A model generated the notes under the pieces. The model did no database searches. It had not been told where the DNA came from and saw only the letters and a list, made by a program, of their open reading frames with translations. A stretch of 64,000 bases of DNA from Bacteroidales bacterium (GTDB lineage: Bacteria > Bacteroidota > Bacteroidia > Bacteroidales > PUMT01), in contig SLCF01000027.1 of NCBI GenBank assembly GCA_007125955.1, positions 5,493 through 69,492 of the forward strand, given 5' to 3'. The position numbers and the translations under genes are program-made. Below are positions 49,381 through 58,271 of this stretch, piece by piece (position 1 is the stretch's first letter; every line of letters starts with the position of its first letter).

Positions 49381-51969
49381 TCAGTTCCTGAAAACCAGCC
49401 GGTCATCCTCAACATCAATCATTACCTTTTTCCCTTTGTCAACTTCCCCTTCAAGAATCTGTTTGGACAACTCGTTCAGAATATACTTCTGCATAACACG
49501 TTTTACAGGCCGGGCACCATATTGCGGATCGAAGCTCATCAGAGAAAGCTTTTCAAGTGCATCAGATGACAACTCTATTTCCATCTGGTTTTTGAGGAGC
49601 ATATTCTGCAGCTGTTTGAACTGAAGCAATACGATCTGTTTAATATCTTCATCCGTAAGCGGGGTGAACATAATAATATCATCAATGCGGTTCAGGAATT
49701 CGGGTCTGATCGTTTTTTTCAGAAGCTCGAAAACCTCTTTCCTTGATTTTTCAAACATCTCATCCTTTTCAAGGCCGTCAATCTTCATATAGTTGTCCCT
49801 TATAATATGCGACCCCACATTTGAAGTCATTATAATTATAGTATTCCTGAAATTGGCAACACGGCCCTTGTTGTCGGTTAACCTTCCGTCATCCAGTACC
49901 TGAAGCAGTATATTGAAAACGTCGGGGTGCGCTTTCTCTATTTCATCCAGCAGAATTACGGAATAGGGTTTTCTCCTGACAGCTTCAGTGAGCTGTCCGC
50001 CCTCTTCGTATCCGACATATCCCGGAGGGGCGCCTATCAATCGTGACACCGAATGGCGCTCCTGGTATTCAGACATATCTATGCGGGTCATCATATTCTC
50101 GTCGTCAAAGAGAAATTCCGCAAGCGCCCTTGCCAGCTCAGTTTTTCCCACACCGGTTGTGCCGAGGAATATGAACGAGCCTATGGGTCTTTTCGCATCC
50201 TGCAAACCCGCCCTGCTGCGCCTTACGGCATCAGAGACAGCTGTGATAGCTTCATCCTGCCCGACCACTCTTTCATGCAATTCATCCTCCAGGGCAAGAA
50301 GCTTTTCTTTTTCACTTTGCATCATTCGGCTTACAGGTATGCCCGTCCACCGCGAAACAATTTCTGCAATATCCTCCGCTTCGACCTCTTCCTTAATGAG
50401 AGGTTCATCGGACTGCATCTTCTGAAGTTCTTTCTGCAATTCTTCTATATTCTCTTCCGCCTCCTTGATCCTTCCATACCTTATTTCCGCGACCTTACCG
50501 TAATCTCCCTCCCGCTCCGCCTGCAAAGCTTCAAACTTGAGGTTTTCAATTGTTTCCTTGTTCTTCTGAATATTTTCTATCAATTCTCGTTCATTTTGCC
50601 ACTTTGCCCTGAGATTGTTCCTCACTTCATTGAGTCGAGAAATCTCTCCGGCAAGCTCATTCTCTTTTTTGGAATTACCCTCCCTTTTTATTGCCTCACG
50701 TTCTATTTCCAGCTGTTTGATCTTTCTTTCAATCTCATCAATATTTTCAGGAACCGAATTCATTTCAAGGCGGAGTTTTGATGCCGACTCATCTATCAGG
50801 TCAATAGCCTTGTCGGGTAAAAACCTGTCGGTTATATACCTGTGCGAAAGTTCAACGGCAGAAATAATAGCATCATCTTTTATCCTTACCCTGTGGTGGG
50901 TTTCATACTTTTCCTTCAGTCCCCTGAGTATGGATATGGCACTCGGGAGATCCGGCTCGTCAACCATAACTATCTGGAACCTTCTTTCCAGTGCCTTATC
51001 CTTTTCAAAATATTTCTGGTACTCATTGAGTGTGGTTGCCCCTATAGCACGCAACTCGCCGCGGGCAAGGGCCGGTTTCAAAATGTTTGCCGCATCCATT
51101 GCCCCTTCGCTCTTTCCCGCACCCACCAGCGTATGTATCTCGTCAATAAAAAGAACTATCTCACCGTTGGATGAAACAACCTCTTTAACAACGGATTTAA
51201 GTCTCTCCTCAAACTCCCCCTTGTATTTTGCCCCGGCAATAAGGGCTCCCATATCAAGTGAGAAAAACCTTTTGGTTTTGAGGTTCTCGGGAATATCACC
51301 GCTTACTATCCTCTGTGCCAGTCCTTCCGCAATTGCCGTTTTGCCGACGCCTGCATCACCTATCAGTATGGGATTGTTTTTTGTTCTCCTGGAAAGTATC
51401 TGCAAAATCCTGCGTATTTCGTCATCCCTTCCTATAACCGGGTCAAGCTTACCCGTTCTTGCCATTTCATTGAGGTCTATTGCAAACCGGTTAAGTGCGT
51501 TATACGTGTCTTCGGCTGACTGACTTTTGACTTTTGATCCTTTACGAAGATTTTCTATGGCAGCTTTCAGCTCTTTCTCCGATACACCTGCATCCTTGAG
51601 CATCTGCGAAACCTTATCCCCGGCAGATAATATCCCCAGCAGAAGGTGTTCTATTGATACAAATTCATCACCCGCCTCCTTTGAATAATTAAGGGCTCTC
51701 TGCAGAGCTTTTGAAGCACCCGGTGAAAGGTACTGCTCACCTCCGGATACTTTGGGGTATGATTCGATAATCCTGTCAACTACCTTTTCAATTTGCTCAA
51801 TACTTATATTGAGTTTTTTCAGCAAAAAGCCGGTAACATTCTCATCAGCATTTATCAATGCCTTCAGCAAATGTCCCGTTTCAACCGCCTGGTGATCGTT
51901 TCCGGCTGCCATGGAAAAAGCTTGTTGTGTTGCTTCCTGGGATTTTATAGTGAAATTGTCAAGATTCAT
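49381..51969 (-). CDS. clpB: ATP-dependent chaperone ClpB
   Basis: 862 aa. Two AAA+ modules (GDAGVGKTAIAEGLA, GTTGVGKTELARALA) separated by a long coiled-coil middle domain. Confidence 0.97.
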   Translation of the reverse strand: MNLDNFTIKSQEATQQAFSMAAGNDHQAVETGHLLKALINADENVTGFLLKKLNISIEQIEKVVDRIIESYPKVSGGEQYLSPGASKALQRALNYSKEAGDEFVSIEHLLLGILSAGDKVSQMLKDAGVSEKELKAAIENLRKGSKVKSQSAEDTYNALNRFAIDLNEMARTGKLDPVIGRDDEIRRILQILSRRTKNNPILIGDAGVGKTAIAEGLAQRIVSGDIPENLKTKRFFSLDMGALIAGAKYKGEFEERLKSVVKEVVSSNGEIVLFIDEIHTLVGAGKSEGAMDAANILKPALARGELRAIGATTLNEYQKYFEKDKALERRFQIVMVDEPDLPSAISILRGLKEKYETHHRVRIKDDAIISAVELSHRYITDRFLPDKAIDLIDESASKLRLEMNSVPENIDEIERKIKQLEIEREAIKREGNSKKENELAGEISRLNEVRNNLRAKWQNERELIENIQKNKETIENLKFEALQAEREGDYGKVAEIRYGRIKEAEENIEELQKELQKMQSDEPLIKEEVEAEDIAEIVSRWTGIPVSRMMQSEKEKLLALEDELHERVVGQDEAITAVSDAVRRSRAGLQDAKRPIGSFIFLGTTGVGKTELARALAEFLFDDENMMTRIDMSEYQERHSVSRLIGAPPGYVGYEEGGQLTEAVRRKPYSVILLDEIEKAHPDVFNILLQVLDDGRLTDNKGRVANFRNTIIIMTSNVGSHIIRDNYMKIDGLEKDEMFEKSRKEVFELLKKTIRPEFLNRIDDIIMFTPLTDEDIKQIVLLQFKQLQNMLLKNQMEIELSSDALEKLSLMSFDPQYGARPVKRVMQKYILNELSKQILEGEVDKGKKVMIDVEDDRLVFRN

Positions 51970-52240
51970 ATTCTCTGTTTTTAACCGTTAATAAATATTT
52001 TCTCTCAACTATTCTGCAATCAAAACCGTGCCAACAATAGAAGATATTTCCCGGATGCCGTTTTGGCGCATGAATTGTAGCCTAATATGACTTTTTGACG
52101 CTTCCGGGTGTTGACTTTCAAATCCCGGATTCAATCTCACTTTTGAACTAAAAAAATAATAATGTTGTTAACATTTCTGTTATATTTACAATAATAATAA
52201 GTATATTATAAACTGTTTCAGGACCGGAAAAATCCAGAAA

Positions 52241-53518
52241 ATGCATAAAACCGCAATATTTTTCATTTCGTTGTTTTTGTTAATTTACCAATCACCGGAA
52301 CCTGCATATTCCAATCAGAACACCGGCAGAGGGGATTACCCTGACAGGCTCTTTTTTGAAAACCCTCGAAAAAAATCGGTTTCCTTCAACTTCAAACTGA
52401 TAAACAACCTCATTGTTATACCGGTAAGCATAAACGAGTCAGATAAGCTCCATTTCATTGTTGATACAGGTGTCAACACAACACTTATAACCGAGCTGGC
52501 TATCGGCGACAGTCTTGCCCTTCAATCAGTCCGGGACGTGAGAATACAGGGACTGGGAGAAGGCGAACCCATTGATGCATACCATTCCACAGGAAACACA
52601 CTCGAGTTTTCCGGAATAACTGGTGATAACCAGGAAGTTTATGTTCTGAAGGAGGATATTTTTGAACTCTCCTCCTATATGGGGATGGATATAAACGGGA
52701 TCTTCGGCTTTAATATTTTTCGTGATTTTATTGTTGAGATCAATTACTCCAGATCAAGACTGACGCTTCACAACCCGGAGCTTTACAGATACAGCTGGTG
52801 GAAGAGGACATTCTGGAACTCCAAACCAATTAATGTTGTCAACAACAAACCATATGTAAGCTCATCCGTAAGAAAGGAGGACGGCACAGTGGTTCCCGTG
52901 AGACTGCTCATAGACACCGGTGCAAGCCACTCTGTCTGGCTTGATGAAAGCTCCCATCCCGAAATTGAAGCACCTGAAAACTCCGAAACCACTCTTCTCG
53001 GGGCAGGATTAAGCGGACAGGTTTTCGGACGCAAAGGGCGTGTGGATGCTCTTAAGTTCGGGGAATTTGAACTTAACGATGTGATAGTTTCCTATCCCGA
53101 TTCCGCTTCCATTGCTTCAGCCATTCAGGTTGACGGCCGGAACGGAAGTATGGGTGCAGATGTCCTGAACAGGTTCAATGTGATACTTGACTATGGGAAC
53201 GAACAAATTACATTCAGGCGTAATCTGAGGTATTTAAGACCTTTCAGGCATGATATGAGCGGAATGACCATTACGGCTCCGATGAGAGATTTTCCTCTCT
53301 ATATGGTTTCCTACGTACGTCCTGGATCGCCGGCAGAAAGGGCCGGAATACAGGAGGGTGACCAGATAACAAGTGTAGGCGGAAGTTCGGTATCCAACTT
53401 CACCCTTCAGGAACTCCAGAGTTTATTCAAGGCAGGAGACGGCAGGCTTGTGCAGATTGAAATATCACGCGACGGTGAAAGAATGCAGATAAACCTGAGG
53501 CTTGAAAGATTTATCTGA
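52241..53518 (+). CDS. secreted protease with two retropepsin-like aspartyl-protease halves and a C-terminal PDZ domain
   Basis: 425 aa with a signal peptide. Two D-T-G sites (FIVDTGVNTT, LLIDTGASHS). PDZ-like GSPAERAGIQEGDQITSVGG. Confidence 0.75.
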   Translation: MHKTAIFFISLFLLIYQSPEPAYSNQNTGRGDYPDRLFFENPRKKSVSFNFKLINNLIVIPVSINESDKLHFIVDTGVNTTLITELAIGDSLALQSVRDVRIQGLGEGEPIDAYHSTGNTLEFSGITGDNQEVYVLKEDIFELSSYMGMDINGIFGFNIFRDFIVEINYSRSRLTLHNPELYRYSWWKRTFWNSKPINVVNNKPYVSSSVRKEDGTVVPVRLLIDTGASHSVWLDESSHPEIEAPENSETTLLGAGLSGQVFGRKGRVDALKFGEFELNDVIVSYPDSASIASAIQVDGRNGSMGADVLNRFNVILDYGNEQITFRRNLRYLRPFRHDMSGMTITAPMRDFPLYMVSYVRPGSPAERAGIQEGDQITSVGGSSVSNFTLQELQSLFKAGDGRLVQIEISRDGERMQINLRLERFI

Positions 53519-53584
53519 GAGAACCACCTCTCATTTAATGCATTTAACAAACCATCTTCCCTTTTTTTCAACATTTTCTGCTGA

Positions 53585-53616
53585 AGTGGCATTTGCCACT
53601 TACCGGTAACTTTTTT
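53585..53616 (+). terminator. possible terminator after the Asp-protease/PDZ gene
   Basis: 6-bp stem AGTGGC / GCCACT with loop ATTT. The palindrome TTACCGGTAA overlaps the last stem base, and T6 follows 10 nt after the stem. The geometry is not ideal. Confidence 0.3.
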
Positions 53617-53732
53617 CTTCAGCATACGTAATTCATGTAAGCTATTCATATTGTTGAACTGATCTTGCATCAGTTTGACAGTTTGAACAGGCTTATACTA
53701 TCTATTTAAAACAATTTGGCCGGCCGCGGAAA

Positions 53733-56700
53733 ATGAGCATACAGATCCTTAAAGCCCTGATGCAACTTTTTGCAATAATCGGGCGCCCCGAAAGCAATTC
53801 GGAAAACAGGCGTTCTGTTGTTGAGATGTTTTTAAAGAGGCAATTCAATAAGGATATCTGCAATGAATACATTAAAATTTTTGATGATTATTACACTGTT
53901 CATCAGGAGAAACTTAAAGAGGTAGCAAAGCGGAAAAAGAGAACATCATCGATTTCGGTAAGGGTTCTGGCAATATGCACCGGCATCAACGAAGAGCTCA
54001 CCCAAAGACAGAAACTTATAGTACTTGTCAACCTTCTCGAATTCCTTAAATGCGGCGGTGACGAGATTACTTATCAGGAGCTTGCATTTATTGGAACCGT
54101 TTCGGATATTTTCAATTTCCCCGCGGAAACTCTCAGCCTTTTAAAAGCCTTTGTATTATTCCCATTTAAGGATATACCCGATTCCGAATATTTACTTTTG
54201 ATTGACGGAAATAAAGAAAAATCGCGCCAGGGCGTAAAGCATATTTACAGGGAGTATCTCAACGGTGAGGTCGGCGTGCTCAACGCTCCATGCGTAAACA
54301 TGTTCCTTGTCCGATACAAGGGGAAAAGCGAATTATATCTCAACAACCAGCTTTTGCTTCAGGAGAGGATATATGTATTCGACAACGGAACTTCGCTCAG
54401 GAACAGGAAAATTGAACCTGTATATTACAGCGACATAACCGGCGCATTCCGTTCGGAAATGATAAGTTCGGTTATTAATTTCGAGGCAAAGGATATAGAA
54501 TACAGGTTCAGGGAAGGCACTACCGGATTAAACAAGATGACTTTTTCCGAAGAATCCGGGCACCTTATTGGCATAATGGGATCAAGCGGATCGGGTAAAA
54601 CAACACTTCTGAATACTCTTAACGGGAACCTGAAACCTTCTTCGGGAAGCATCAGGATAAACGGGATTGATATTCACAGTGAGAAGGAGAAGATTGAAGG
54701 GATGATAGGTTATGTATCACAGGACGACCTGCTTATTGAAGATCTCACCGTTTTCCGGAACCTTTATTACAATGCAAAACTTTGTTTCGGCGACAACTCC
54801 GAAGAAGAGATTGTCACCAGGGTAAACAACCTTCTCCGGGACCTCGGATTGTATGAAATAAAGGATTTGCAGGTTGGCACACCCCTGAACAAAAAAATAA
54901 GCGGCGGGCAGCGCAAAAGACTGAATATTGCACTGGAGCTGATAAGACAACCTGCAATACTGTTTCTTGATGAGCCTACGTCGGGGCTTTCTTCAATGGA
55001 TTCCGAAAATATACTTGACCTGCTTAAAGAACTTTCACTAATGGGAAAACTGGTTTTTGTGGTAATCCATCAGCCATCTTCCGATATTTTCAAGATGTTT
55101 GACAAGCTTATAATTCTTGATACAGGGGGGTATCTTATTTATTACGGAAATCCGGTTGACTCGATAGTTTATTTCAAGTCATGTGTACAGCATGCCAATT
55201 GGAATGAAAGTGAGTGCAGCGTTTGCGGAAATGTCAATCCTGAACAGGTATTCAACATAGTTGAGGCAAAGGTGCTTGATGAATTCGGAAGGGCAACAAG
55301 ATCCCGTAAAATATCACCTGCCGAATGGGCTGAGTTTTTCAGGAGAAATATTAAAAAAACTGAAGCTTCAAATAAAAAGTATGAAAAGCTGCCCGCTATA
55401 AACTTTATGATCCCGAACAGGATAAAACAGTCCGTTATATTTGTCAAAAGGGACTTACTAGCAAAACTTGCAAACAAACAATACCTTCTGATCAACATTT
55501 TGGAGCCCTTGTTCCTGGCATTTCTACTATCATACATTATAAAATATTACAGTGTAAACGTATCAAACCAGCTTGGTTACACTTTCGCCGGTAATCTGAA
55601 TGTTCCCGTCTATCTCTTCATGGCGGTAATTGTAGCGATATTCATAGGCCTGACTGTCAGTGCCGAGGAAATAATAAAAGACAGAAAGATACTGAAAAGG
55701 GAAGCATTTCTGAATCTGAGCTGGGGCAGTTATCTTTTCTCCAAAACATTTATACTTTTCGGCATATCGGCAGTCCAGGCTTTTCTGTTTGTTCTTGCGG
55801 GAAATTCAATAATAGAGGTGAAAGGTATGTTTTTTGAATACTGGCTGGTATTGTTCAGTGCATGGTGTTTTTCTAATGTTCTCGGACTTATTATTTCGGA
55901 CAGTTTTAAAACTGTTATCACCATATATATCCTGATACCTTTCCTTGTCATTCCCCAACTTATACTAAGCGGCGTCATTGTTAAATTTGAAGAACTTAAT
56001 CCGTCCATATCCTCCCCAAGCCGTATACCCTTATATGGTGAGATCATCACCTCACGCTGGGCATATGAAGCTCTTGCGGTTTACCAGTTCAGGGAAAATC
56101 CTTATGAGAAGGAATTGTACCCCTACAATAAAGCTGTCAGCAGGGCTGATTACAAGAGAAACTTCTGGATACGCGATCTTCAGAACAAGGTGGATTATAG
56201 CGAGAGAAACCTTCAAAGTGAGCAGAACCAGGAGAGAATGAGTGAAAATCTTGAGCTGCTGAAAAACGAACTGACAAAGGAGCTGAATGCAAAAACAAAC
56301 ATAGAAGCAGATTTTGACCCGGTAATGCTGACGGCCGGAAATGCGGACAGCGAAATACTCGAAAAAGTCCGGAATTACCTCAATATGCTAAACCGTTATT
56401 ACATTGAGCTTTACAATAACGCCAGCAGCAGGCGCGACCGGCTGATCTCAGAACACCTTCAAACGGAACAAGGAAGGATTGAATACATGGAAAAGAAAAA
56501 CCGCCACCACAATGAAGCATTAAGTGAACTGGTCAGGAATGCAAGGGAAATTGACAGGATAATTGAATATAAAGGTGAATTGCACCAGAAAATTGACCCG
56601 ATATACAGGGAACCCGAGGGGAGGTTTATAAAGGCACACTTCTACTCTCCCGTTAAAAACATTTTCGGCAATCAGTACTGCACATTCCGGGTAAATATTG

Positions 56701-56834
56701 GGGTTATCTGGTTTATGGTAGCAGTACTCTGGATGTCACTGTATTTCAGGTTGCTGAAAAGAGGCATGGACCTTCTGGAAGTTTCTTTTAGCCGTCTCAG
56801 TCTGTCAAAAGGCAGTAATACAAAAAGAATTTAA
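53733..56834 (+). CDS. multidomain ABCG-type (NBD-then-TMD) ABC transporter with N-terminal TerB-like and beta-rich modules and a C-terminal coiled-coil/TM extension
   Basis: 1033 aa. Walker A GSSGSGKTTLLNTL, signature ISGGQRKRLNIA, Walker B ILFLDEPTSGL, then about 6 TM helices of ABC-2 type, about 200 aa of charged helical sequence, and a final TM (VNIGVIWFMVAVLWMSLYF). Confidence 0.85.
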   Translation: MSIQILKALMQLFAIIGRPESNSENRRSVVEMFLKRQFNKDICNEYIKIFDDYYTVHQEKLKEVAKRKKRTSSISVRVLAICTGINEELTQRQKLIVLVNLLEFLKCGGDEITYQELAFIGTVSDIFNFPAETLSLLKAFVLFPFKDIPDSEYLLLIDGNKEKSRQGVKHIYREYLNGEVGVLNAPCVNMFLVRYKGKSELYLNNQLLLQERIYVFDNGTSLRNRKIEPVYYSDITGAFRSEMISSVINFEAKDIEYRFREGTTGLNKMTFSEESGHLIGIMGSSGSGKTTLLNTLNGNLKPSSGSIRINGIDIHSEKEKIEGMIGYVSQDDLLIEDLTVFRNLYYNAKLCFGDNSEEEIVTRVNNLLRDLGLYEIKDLQVGTPLNKKISGGQRKRLNIALELIRQPAILFLDEPTSGLSSMDSENILDLLKELSLMGKLVFVVIHQPSSDIFKMFDKLIILDTGGYLIYYGNPVDSIVYFKSCVQHANWNESECSVCGNVNPEQVFNIVEAKVLDEFGRATRSRKISPAEWAEFFRRNIKKTEASNKKYEKLPAINFMIPNRIKQSVIFVKRDLLAKLANKQYLLINILEPLFLAFLLSYIIKYYSVNVSNQLGYTFAGNLNVPVYLFMAVIVAIFIGLTVSAEEIIKDRKILKREAFLNLSWGSYLFSKTFILFGISAVQAFLFVLAGNSIIEVKGMFFEYWLVLFSAWCFSNVLGLIISDSFKTVITIYILIPFLVIPQLILSGVIVKFEELNPSISSPSRIPLYGEIITSRWAYEALAVYQFRENPYEKELYPYNKAVSRADYKRNFWIRDLQNKVDYSERNLQSEQNQERMSENLELLKNELTKELNAKTNIEADFDPVMLTAGNADSEILEKVRNYLNMLNRYYIELYNNASSRRDRLISEHLQTEQGRIEYMEKKNRHHNEALSELVRNAREIDRIIEYKGELHQKIDPIYREPEGRFIKAHFYSPVKNIFGNQYCTFRVNIGVIWFMVAVLWMSLYFRLLKRGMDLLEVSFSRLSLSKGSNTKRI

Positions 56835-56836
56835 GG

Positions 56837-57220
56837 TTACTGTTCCTCCATCTCAATCATTGTAAAAGGAATACGAATTATCGACTCATAATCCTCACCC
56901 GCTTCCAGCATATCTTCATCATCTTCCTCATAATACCAGTTGATAATAACACTTCTGCTCTCCTTGTGAATTGCTTCAAGCTTCTTAAAGAGGTCAAGAA
57001 TACATTTTGACGAACTGGTATTGAAATATTCCAATTGGAAATTTACAACGGTTTCTTTGGCGGGATTCCTGGAGTATTCATCCAGCCAGTCAACCATAGG
57101 TTTATAAAATTCAATGGCATTTTCAGGTATAGAGCGACCTTTTATCTCAATAATTCCTTTTTCTGCGTTAAATCTTACTGAAGGTGTTTTCGGAGAACCT
57201 TCCATTATAATTGGATCCAT
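56837..57220 (-). CDS. DUF1987 / SiaC-family regulatory phospho-protein
   Basis: 127 aa. EGSPKTPSVRFNAEKGIIEIKGRSIPENAIEFY, FQLEYFNTSSSKCILD (Thr68), and WYYEEDDEDMLEAGE. Confidence 0.85.
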   Translation of the reverse strand: MDPIIMEGSPKTPSVRFNAEKGIIEIKGRSIPENAIEFYKPMVDWLDEYSRNPAKETVVNFQLEYFNTSSSKCILDLFKKLEAIHKESRSVIINWYYEEDDEDMLEAGEDYESIIRIPFTMIEMEEQ

Positions 57221-57276
57221 GAGAAAAACGTATATATTATTTAATTAACACTTTATATAACAAAAAGAATCAGTTG

Positions 57277-57285
57277 CCCCCCCCC
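57277..57285. repeat. C9 (G9 on the coding strand) homopolymer in the siaB-like/siaC-like spacer
   Basis: Counted directly: positions 57277-57285 are all C. Confidence 0.95.
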
Positions 57286-57296
57286 TTGATTGACTT

Positions 57297-57890
57297 TCAC
57301 TCGGATGGCTCGGTCACATAAATATTCAGGTTGAAAAAGTAGTAATCGTTATTGTACTTTTGAAACGAATATTCCAGTTTATTTCCGGTTTTTTTTGCAA
57401 TATCTATCAGACCAAGCCCTCCTCCGCCTTTGTCGGTTATTTTCTGATAATTGAGGACAAACTTGTACATATCCTTCAGCTCATCCCTTGTCAGCGAGTT
57501 GATCTTGTCAATCTTTTCCTTCAGATGTTTCACTTTTGAGGAACGTACAAAATTCCCGGTTGATATCCTGTAAAGGTCATCCATCCGGGAAACGACCAGA
57601 ATCCCAAACCTGGTATCGAACTGCTCTTTCATGTCTCCGGGAAGATCCTCAATGTGATGGTAAAGATTTTGAAGGCTCTCAACAAGAACGCTGTAGACCT
57701 TTTTTTTGACTGAGGAAACACTCCTGGCATCCTCAAGTTTTGACTCAACAACATCCAGAACGTTAGTGATTAAGTCGGTATTTATACTCCCCTTATATGC
57801 AAGAAGCACTTCGCCTTCGTTCATCTTACTGTAGCTTTGCTGTATGTTAAAAGCCATATAAGGATTTATTGTACCTGAAAAATTAATCAC
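57297..57890 (-). CDS. SiaB-family (HATPase-like) protein kinase
   Basis: 197 aa. LVESLQNLYHH and the C-terminal G-rich ATP-lid GGGGLGLIDIAKKTGNKLEYSF. Start 57890 is GTG; the alternative ATG is at 57857. Confidence 0.75.
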   Translation of the reverse strand: MINFSGTINPYMAFNIQQSYSKMNEGEVLLAYKGSINTDLITNVLDVVESKLEDARSVSSVKKKVYSVLVESLQNLYHHIEDLPGDMKEQFDTRFGILVVSRMDDLYRISTGNFVRSSKVKHLKEKIDKINSLTRDELKDMYKFVLNYQKITDKGGGGLGLIDIAKKTGNKLEYSFQKYNNDYYFFNLNIYVTEPSE

Positions 57891-57920
57891 CCGGATTTAT
57901 AAAAGCCAATACGGGTAATG

Positions 57921-57928
57921 CAAAAATA
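57921..57928 (-). promoter_or_regulatory. Bacteroidota-type -7 promoter box for the siaB-like gene
   Basis: The plus strand reads CAAAAATA, which is TATTTTTG on the coding strand. It lies 31 nt upstream of the GTG start at 57890. Confidence 0.45.
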
Positions 57929-58271
57929 ATTTTAAAAATATACAATTATATCAAATTACAATAATTTTAATGTAAAATTAAATAAAGTGTTTCAGGCAGT
58001 TTTTAAGTTGTCCGGGCTTTATAAGGAGAGTTTTTGTGCGCTTAAAAGCAAAATTCATTCATTCGTCAAAATTTTCAATAATGGAAATAAATTCAACGGA
58101 TCATAAAAACCATTGCAAATAACATATGTGGACTTTCATGCCAATTCTTCAGTTTGATTTATCTATTTTTTACTTACTTTTATCAAACAGTGTTTTTTAA
58201 TGCTCTCTGCAAATTTAAAAATTCACTTTCCGGATCATCCGCCATTTTTATTACCGGTATATGTTGCCGGC

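Noticed and set aside
50053-51523. Two long plus-strand ORFs (242 aa and 302 aa) inside the clpB region
   Set aside because: They lie antisense to an unambiguous, full-length clpB and have Ser/Leu/Ile/Phe-rich low-complexity translations typical of shadow frames. No motifs are present.
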